From NCBI RefSeq assembly GCF_009914755.1, contig NC_060931.1: a stretch of 64,000 nt of DNA; one strand, 5' to 3'. Both the position numbers and the translations under genes were made by a program. This document shows, piece by piece, positions 53,605 through 64,000 of this stretch (the stretch's first letter is position 1; each line of letters begins with the position of its first letter). The stretch is from the human T2T-CHM13v2.0 reference genome, Homo sapiens. The notes under the pieces were generated by a model. The model did not search any database and was not told where the DNA came from. It was given only the letters and a program-made list of their open reading frames with translations.

Positions 53605-53623
53605 GGCCCTGCAGAGGGCGCCA
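53605..53623 (+). promoter_or_regulatory. Candidate CTCF site
   Basis: ggccCTGCAGAGGGCGCCA is close to the CCASYAGRKGGCRSY core. Confidence 0.5.
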
Positions 53624-54907
53624 TAATGGGATGCTCCAAAGACCCTGAAGGCAGTTGCCCCACAGATGAAAGAGCCAGGGACTGAAATCTCAGAGAGGGC
53701 ACCAACCCCAGACCTCAATAGCCCCCATCCAGACCCTTCTCACCCATTTATCTTTCCTGTACCCTAGAGCTGCTGTCCTAAGCCCAGAAAAGTCAGAAGC
53801 AGCAGAGTGAGGGTGCGGTTAGGGGAGGAGGAGAAGAGGGAGGTGGAGGAAGACAGAAAGAAGCTCAACTCCCTCCCCCGACTTACTTTCACCTTCTTTC
53901 TTCTGCAGGCCTAGGGTGAGGGGTGGGTGGGTATGGGAGAAGCTTTGGCTGAGAAGTTGAAGTTTTGATTTGAATTTGGACTAGTCTCCCAAATGTCTGA
54001 ACATGAGATTGTTATAATACCTGAAAGGAACCAGGAGAGCTACGGGATTTGCCTGGGATATCATCAAGGGTGATGTCATCAAGAAATCCAATATGCTATG
54101 ATTGAAGATAGTGGTGGAGAAAAATAAAGCGATTTCCTGATGGCACCCTTCCACGTCTGTCCCACTGTGAATGCTGATTTCACCCAATGTGCGTTCTCCT
54201 TTTTTACAACAAGGGCAAATGACAGAGCTGAGCTGTATTACAAATCCAGCTTTTAAATGTGGACTATTCATTGTGGCATGCCTGTGGGCCACATTTTGAA
54301 ATAGAATCTCCAAATGGAATCAGCTGTTAATAGAGCTTCCTCCAGGAATGTCTGAGGCTGCTTCTCCTTTTCCAGCTCTGCTTCCCATCATCACAAGGCC
54401 CTCTCACCTCCTGTCCCCTCATCCCCTACCTGTCACCTAAGTTTTCTTTGCCATATCTAACAAGACCAAATCTACCAAGACCTTATCTAATATCTAGAAA
54501 ATATTTCATGATTCTCCAAGAATCTGCAGTGGCATCGAGATGTGAACGGTTTTCCGTTAACAAATTAAACATACTATTTTCCTAAAAGGGACATGAATTT
54601 AGAAGAGATTCTGCATGGTGGCTGTGTGGACAGTTCATATATCCACTGAGATTCAGTGTGGCCTTTTTATTTCTTCCTCATCACTGCAACACTGTGGTTA
54701 AGGGAGTGACTCTCCAGGTCCTGACAGGTCACTCCTAGGTATGGAGAGGAAATGGGGGAGGTTGGGCGGGGTGGGGGGGTGGTGTGGCAAGGTGGTGAGC
54801 TTGGGTGGTACATCTCAAAGAGCTGTTTATGGGTCTAGGTCCCCTCTTTTCTGACCTCCCCTATGGACTCTGAGAGGCGCTGTCTGGGAGAGGGCAGTCA
54901 TACTCAC

Positions 54908-54962
54908 TCTTCATTGACAAAGATGAGTTCCAGAGAAGGTTGGCTGTTCTTTACATCCAGAC
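54908..54962 (-). CDS. SLC13A4: SLC13A4 exon 5: LDVKNSQPSLELIFVNE
   Basis: tag|GT...GA|gtgagt; 55 nt. Confidence 0.92.
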
Positions 54963-55439
54963 CTATGAGTAGCAAAGAAAAGCAGTATGTGAGAGGTGGA
55001 GGCTGGGGCTGACCCTGTGGGTTGGAGCATAGCTCAAGGGCTTAGGGCGGAGGTGGGCCATATGGAGTGGGTGACATTTCTCCTTCCCTTTGCTCTGTAA
55101 ATAGAATGGGGCTCATGGATGCAGACTGGCCCCAGGGTTTTGCAGTGATCCTTGAGCATTTGGGGGCAAAGAGCAGTGTGTACCCTTGAGCATTTGGGGG
55201 AAAAGAGCCCAGAAGTGAAGGAGGAAGGAAGAGCCAGAACAGGGAGTTCAGGGAAGCTTCAGAGTCCAAGAGCTGGGATGGGAAAGAGGAGAGAGGGAAG
55301 AGGAAGGGGAATGTGGGGGCATGGCTGAGGGGGTCCTGGGGTGGGCACAAAGTTGGGCAGTCTCCCTAGAGGAGCCAGGCAGGAGGACCCCAGGGGAGGT
55401 TGGAGGAGCAAAGGAGAGATGAACTCCAGCAAACTGTAC

Positions 55440-55612
55440 TGATGGGTTCGGCCTCTTCGGTGTTGGAGTTGCCCGCCACGAGCTGCTCGTCCTCAGCACT
55501 GACCAGCTCCTGCAGCACGGCCTCCACGATGGGCATCACCATGGCGGTGGTGGAGGTGTTGGACAGCCACATGGACAGCAACGTGGTACAGCACATGAAG
55601 CAGAGCAGCAGC
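55440..55612 (-). CDS. SLC13A4: SLC13A4 exon 4: LLLCFMCCTTLLSMWLSNTSTTAMVMPIV...EAEPI
   Basis: cag|G...A|gtacag; 173 nt; SMWLSNT motif of SLC13/DASS. Confidence 0.95.
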
Positions 55613-57425
55613 CTGGAAGGCAGGGAGGGTTGGGGCAGAGCGTCCACGGAACACACATCCCTGCGGCTCCACAGTGGGCCTCCTACCAACCTGCTGGGGC
55701 TGGTCTAGACAGCTGTGGCTGGAAAGGCAGGCATTTGTCCTGCAGGGTGCCATTCAGCTCTGTACTCCCAATGCTTGGCACAGCGTAAGTATTAAAGCAA
55801 TACTTCTTGAATGAATGAATCACACTTCATGGACTAGCGGCCTTAGCCAGAAAAAAGTCCTTAGTGAAGCAAAGAATAGCTCTGGTAGTAGGGCCACAGG
55901 GTGTAGACTTACCATTGTTTTTCTGTCTCCATGGACATTGGCTGGAGCTTGGCGGTGATGTGTGTTTGTGTGTGGAAGGCAATACTTTGTTTGCCCTCGC
56001 AGCCAGCAATTCTGTGAGCGCCACGGCACTCCTTGCTTTGCCGCCAAGTCACCATAGATATCAGTGACCCAATAGAGATGAATGTTTGGAGCTCACAGTT
56101 CCACCCACTACCTGTCAACATGCTGAAGGCATAGCCCCCAAAGTCACAGAAGTGTCCCGTGTCACTGTGTGCACTTTTCCAGCTGACATCTTAAAGCGTC
56201 AACACTTGGAGAAAAACACTAACAAGGTTAACCCTCTAATTATTTCTCTTTGGCTTTGAGAACGTTGTGCAATGTGTGCCTGTACAGACATGTCCTAGTT
56301 TCCATAAGATAAGCCAACATAAAGACTACTGTGTTTATTATTTTAGGTGGAATCACTGACTTTGCACAACTTGGGGACAGTACGTTTATCATGTGGACTC
56401 CATTGGCTGACAGCGACTTGACTTTGCCAATTCTGAACCTACACGGGTAACTGCCTCTGGGGGTGGCAACTTGCTGACTGATGTAAATAGGGAGGAGTGG
56501 AAATGTGAGAGGATAAAAATTCTTGCAGATAGTACACAGAGATTTTAAAGAGCCACAGAGTCTCCATATGATGTGACGAAATGCCACTGTGTGCCTGGGA
56601 GGTTGAGTGTAGGGGCAAGATTATTACTGAGTTAGGGGGTGGATTAAGCTGTAGTTATCAGACCTGTTTGACAATCTGGGAGACAGGAACATGCTTTTAA
56701 GCATAACCTATAGTCATCTAAATGACTCATACTGAGAACCAATACTATATTATTTATTTATACTTGTGTTGACTCCCATAGGAGTCAGGGCAGCTTACAT
56801 AAAATACAGCAAGAAAGTTGTAAACTAGAAGGAGGTGAGCAGGATATTCCAAAAGGGAAGGTACAGGCAGGGGAATCCAAATGGAGCATTGCTGAAGCTA
56901 ACACAAAACTCAACCTTGACACCGTAACACATTCCCCGAGGGTGGGACTCCCTCCCGCATCACAGTCAAATGCAGTGTCTCTAACTGGGTCTGTGGTCTG
57001 AACTGATGACAAAAACTCAGGGTGGATGGGAGGAAACATTCCCGTCTCCTTCAGTGACAAAGGAGAAGACAGCCACTTCCGGTCCAGCCTGTTCCCTGAT
57101 ACACAGGAAACAGGTTGGGAAACAATTTCTCTTGGTCCATCCTGTTTTACCTGATGGGCCCCTATATGTTGTAAGCTGCTGCCCTTGCAGCCTAGGTCAA
57201 TGGGTAAATTCTTTGGATAATGATAGCAAGGTCACAGGTTTAAATCTCTACTCCATGATCACAGGCCCTCTCCCTGGACGGGTCCTATGGCTCTGGTGTC
57301 AGCCCGACCCTTTGGTAAAAAAACAGCTGAAGTGGACATCCCGCAGTGACCTGAGACCACTGTCCTGGTGGCACACTGGGAGCTAGAAGGATGCCCTATG
57401 TCCTGGCATCCCAAATAAGACTTAC

Positions 57426-57562
57426 ATGCCCGGCTTGGCCCCGGCCATCAAGACCATGCGCAGAGCAATGCGCTTATGCAGGTTCCACTTCTCCACGGCA
57501 GCCGCCACGCAGATGACCCCCACCAGCAGCAGCGTGGTGTTCTTGAAGTACTCCGCCGCCAC
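57426..57562 (-). CDS. SLC13A4: SLC13A4 exon 3: VAAEYFKNTT...EKWNLHKRIALRMVLMAGAKPG
   Basis: cag|GTG...AT|gtaag; 137 nt; LHKRIAL motif. Confidence 0.95.
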
Positions 57563-58127
57563 CTGTAGGGAGGCCAGGCATGTCAGTCACCCTCCCGGAC
57601 CAAAGACCCAGGGCCCAGCACCAGCTGGGAGAATGGGCCATACCCAATAAAACCTGTTCTCAATCAAAGAGGCTGGCGAAGGGGAGGCAGGGGGGTGAGG
57701 ATTATTGAAATAGCCGCCCATCCTAGAGTCACATCTACTGAGCGTTCATTGTGGGCAGGCACTGTGCTAAGTACTTGACAGATTATTTCATTCAATCTGG
57801 CCCGTAACTCTATAGGATAGATGTTCTTCTCCACTTTGGAAAACATAAAACCACTGTATTTAAATATGATGTGAATATGATTTTAAAGAATAAACACATA
57901 TAATTTTATATTGATCTTTTAAAATAACCCTAGGTTTCTCCCCAAACCTAATTTTTAATGTTTTTAGAAAATATTAGAAAATTATTTTCATTTCATTTCT
58001 ATTAGAAAATTAATACACACTCAGTATGGAAAACTTCAAAATATAAAAAAAGTTAAAGACAAAATTACCCTTAATCATGCTACTGTAAATACTTATAGTT
58101 TCTTCCATTTTTCCTATACCTATATAG

Positions 58128-58988
<861 letters not shown>

Positions 58989-59629
58989 TGATTCTCTCAC
59001 TTGGAACATTCTCTCTTTCCATCTCTGCCTGTACATTCCAATCAGACTTTGAAGCCCAGTTCAGGCCTGGCATCCTCTAGAAAAAACCTTTCTTGTGGCC
59101 CTAGCCTCTGATTCCAGAATATTCCTCCTGGGCACCATTAATTCCGCACACCACAGAGCACTTGGAGCAATGCTTGAATGATTGCTTCCTGATTGTACTG
59201 TTGTCTGTTTATTTTTGTATGTGTACTTCTCTTGTCTCTCAACTAAATTTTTCGGCTGTGAATGGTTCCCTTCTATATATCTTAACACCTAGTAGAATAA
59301 TATGCAAAAGTAGATGCTCAATAAATATTTGTCACATACATGAGAATTGCTTCCAACTGGAGGAACCATACAGAAATTGAGAGGAAAAGCTATAGAAAAG
59401 TCTAACTTCTAATTGAAAAACCCTCTTAAAGTGAGAAAACAAGAACATTTTTAACTGCAGCAAAAATAAAAATTCAACAGGAAAGGAAATACATAGTAAA
59501 ATACATAGCATTTGAAATAATATGTACATGATCATACTAATTTTGATTATTGAATTAACAAAAATTGTGATTGAGCATATTGGGAGGATGGTAGAAGGCG
59601 AAGTGGGGGATGTAAAAGAAAAAATCTTC

Positions 59630-59726
59630 CCGGGAGGCAGAGCTTGCAGTAAGCCGAGATCGCGCCACTGCACTCCAGCCTGGGCGACAGAGCGAGACTA
59701 CGTCTCAAAAAAGAAAACAAAAAACA
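59630..59726 (+). mobile_element. 5'-truncated AluY
   Basis: Only the 3' ~75 nt plus tail; 16-bp TSD aaaagaaaaaatcttc at 59614-59629 and 59727-59742. Confidence 0.9.
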
Positions 59727-60973
59727 AAAAGAAAAAATCTTCATCTGCTATAACAAGAAGTCAACTGATAGCCGCTTAAAGTGAGAACTCAAGGACTAAT
59801 ATAAGAATATCATATGGGAATGGAGCTTAATGACAGAAGAAGCTGTTAACAAAGTTACAAGTTATTGACTCTGAGGGTGGGGTGGGACTTGGTAGGGGGG
59901 GAAGTGGGAGGGATGAGGAAAGAGACTGCTGACTTTTCATTATAAGCGTTCAGTATTAAAGTATTTGATTTTTAAACTTTGTGCACGAAACACTTTGATA
60001 ACATCAAAACCAAAATAAAGGCAGGCTGCTCCATCTCTCCTTTCTCTCTTTTGCCCTATGGACATTTCATTGCATCTGGTTGATGAGGGTTGTGTAGGAG
60101 AAGGGACATCTGCCCTCACTGTGACCATTTCCTGGGGGGAAAAGCCCCTGCTTCTGGTTAACCCAGTGTTTGTCTCTAAGCCCATTCCTCAGCGGACTAC
60201 TGTCACGAATGCCCCCTGGGGGCAGGGAAGGCCCCCTGCTCTGGACAGCTTGTGACTCCGTGGCAGAGTCCACTCTGAGAGGGCGGTGATCATGGTGGTG
60301 GGGGCGGGGGTGGGGTTGGGGGAGCGGCCCCCTAGCGGGAGCAGGAGGCACTGCAGGATTGTCCTAGGGAAGTGGTTGAACTTGGAGGTTCAAGGGCCTT
60401 TCTCACTGCCTGGTTACTTTCCCAGGCTTTGTGGAGGCGGCTTTGTGGCACAACTGGAGCTTTATTTTCTTGTCTACCGAGGAGAGAAACCCACAGAAGA
60501 TGCGGGACCGTTGTGGGAGATGGTCTTTCCACCAGCCCCATGACACAGCCCTGCGAAGCTTTTCAAGTCAGTGCGACTGGGGTGTCTTTCCCCGGGGACT
60601 GACTGACAAGAGCTACGTTTTCTGCCTCTATCATATCCCATTCTAGAACACCGGTTTGGCTGTGATGGCCTTTTAGGATGCTCAGTGCCTAAATGACAGG
60701 TAGGCCACTTTCTCTGGGTTCCACTTGGAGGCAGAGGAAAGCAACCAGGAATATGGAGAGCCTTCTAGTGCCGGCATTTTGCATGTTGCATTCACTTTCT
60801 CATTTGAGCTCCACAGCAGTGCTATGAAGCAGCACTATCCGTATCTCAGTTTACTGATGAGGAAACTGGGGGTTTAGGGAGCATCTCCCAGGTCACAGTG
60901 TAAGGGCAGAGGCAGGATACCACTTCAGGGCCATCTGAATCCGAAGCCTCCTAGACAGCCTGCCACACGGTGA

Positions 60974-61435
<462 letters not shown>

Positions 61436-62869
61436 CACTGGTACACATTTTTTATCTTCATTTATAATCGCAGTCCTGACACTGGCCTTAAATGCCCAGG
61501 GCAGGGCCAGTCTGAACTCCAGGCCCAGCTTCAGTGGGATATTGGCTCTGTGCTGGGTGTTTGGTGGGCTCAGCTCTATTCTCATGTCTTTCCTGCTCCC
61601 TTGTAAGTGATACTATGTGCTCGGGAGACACGGCCTGGGGCTCAGGATATAGTTTGTGATTACAGAGGTAACATCACTGAGTGGGGAAGAGGGAGGACTC
61701 TGGAGTCAGCCGGGACTCCACTGTGTGACCCTAGACAAGGTATTCAGCCTCTCTGGGCTTCATTTTCTCATCTAAAAAAAAAAAAAAAAAAAAAGGAAGG
61801 AAGGTTATGTGAGTCCCTACCTCATAAGGTTATTACAGAGATTAAATGACACGTGCAAACCAGCTGGCATGGCCTGCCACATTGATGGCCAGGATCCCTG
61901 GTAACTCTTCCTGTTGTGAAGTGCTCCATCTAAAGGCTGAGCTGGTTTGAGGCCATTAGCACACAGAGTGGGCTCATCCATGCACAGAGCAAAGCCACAG
62001 GGCTGCTTTTTCATTTTTAGAAATTAAAATTCTGTTCAGTGGTGTTGTTTATTAGTTTTCTAGCCCATTGATTTTTCTTTCACAATAACACCTGGGTTAT
62101 TCAGAGCCTCCCAGGGAACACCAGACTTCCAAGATTCTCGAGGATGATTGTTATTGTTTTCTAGAGTGTGTTGCAGATTTCCTGCCTTTATCAACAGAGC
62201 CTGTGCATTCTCCCCGGCTTCTTGTGAGACATGTGCCAACTCTCCCCATCATAGCCTCTGCCCAGGGAGCCTCTTATCGCTCTTGCCCTTGGCTAGCTGT
62301 CCAGGCTGCTGGTCCTTCTCTGGTCCCTGGGTCTGCATTTTGCTGGTTTCCCGTCTCATTCTTAGGCGGCTGCATTTTCCCGATGTGAGGATGCTTGCCA
62401 TTAGCATTCCTTTCCCCATTTTATAATTTCCCAGACTCACATCCTGTGAGCTGGGAAGCCAGATAACGAAGCTTGTTAGAGTTTTTTGTAAAGAGAAATT
62501 AGATTCTAAATGGCTGTTCCTCCCCAGGAGTAAAGTGCATGGATTTTAGGACATTTGCATGGTGGTTTGATTGCTTTTTCTGCTTTTCTGCTCTGTGGTT
62601 TTTCTCAGTATGCCACATCACTGAACTTGGAGAGCAGAGGTGTTTCTGGACTGTGTTTTAAGAAAGATGGGCTCAAGGAGGTCCCCTTGACAAGGAATAG
62701 CTATAGCAATCTTGGGCTCTGAAGTTCAGATGAGTTACCTGCTATTGGACAAGCTAATGAACCTCTGTACCTCTGTCACCAATTTTTTAAGGGCCACAGT
62801 GATGCTACATAGCTAATTTAATCTGCTGTGACATGGGCTTTACACATAAGATAATGCAGGTGGGCTCTT

Positions 62870-63189
<320 letters not shown>

Positions 63190-64000
63190 TCATCTGAACA
63201 ATTTTGCAGTGAAATTCTCTGAACCCTGGGAGCAGATACCTGGCCTGGCTCCCGCTCAGTGCTAAGCTAAGCCCTGCCAGGGCTGAAGCCCCACAGGACT
63301 CCATTCCAGTTAGTGTCCAAGCAGCACAGCCAAGCCAGCAGTGTCTCCTTTCCACCTTCCCTGGGGGCAGGAATGCTGTTTCTGCCGGGTAAGCCCCTAG
63401 CAGGGGCTCAGACACCCTTCTCATCACCTGATTTGCATTCCTGGTTCCATCTGTTTTATATATTGAGTCTTCTAAGATTTGGTTTAAAGAAAAGGTTTCA
63501 TTGCTTAAAAAAACATTCTTTGCAAATCCTGCCCTAGAGAAGTCTAAAGTAGAGAGACCCAGATGGGTGCTGGCATGACCCAGAAGCTGGCCCAACTCCT
63601 GCATGACTGGAGACACTGATTCATAACCGCCACCACCCCTGCCCAGTTTCTTCTTTGGGACTGTATGAACTACCCAGATGGGGAAGCTGAGGCAAGGGTC
63701 TGGGCTCTGAGCCACGAGCCAAGGGGCTGCTGGTCAGGTGGTGGTTCACAGGGAGCTGCTCTTCCCCCCAGAAACATTAGCTTGGTCTCGAAAGGCTGCA
63801 AGGTCTGTAGGCTCCCACTGAAGGCCCAGTGTGGAGCTCAGCCCTGGGGCTGCGTCTGGGTGGCTGAGGGTGAGGGCAGCCTGGGGTTCAGGCAGGTGGC
63901 CAGCTGGATGTCCAGCCCACATGCCCACGGGCCCGCATGCAGAGGACCGGTCAGCCTCCATGGCGAGGAGAGATGGGAAAGGCAGAGCTGAGAGTGCTTT

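Overview
Human (primate) genomic DNA, recognisable as the 7q33 interval downstream of NUP205 (locus assignment from recall of the gene pair). It contains the complete 3-exon microprotein gene STMP1/C7orf73 (+ strand, 47 aa, CpG-island promoter at ~11.5-12.3 kb). It also contains coding exons 3-16 of the convergent Na+/sulfate cotransporter SLC13A4 (- strand; exons 1-2 lie beyond the right edge). All splice junctions were reconstructed by hand and are in frame. Upstream lie a full-length processed MAX pseudogene and an RPL15 retrocopy with an uninterrupted 204-codon ORF; the latter sits inside an ERV1 (MER4-group) LTR and is itself hit by an AluY. STMP1 intron 1 holds a U6 snRNA retrocopy joined to an Alu monomer inside one target-site duplication (TSD). 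The rest is about 45 Alus plus L1, L2, MIR, THE1 and MER5A remnants, and most ORFs in the track are Alu or CpG-island artefacts. I found no convincing new multi-gene system. The best leads are: an 80-codon ORF coupled to the STMP1 stop by an AUGA overlap; MAX-pseudogene changes that mimic known disease alleles, plus a deletion starting at an exon junction; a possible THE1D/DUX4-driven RPL15 retro-ORF; and the U6-Alu composite.
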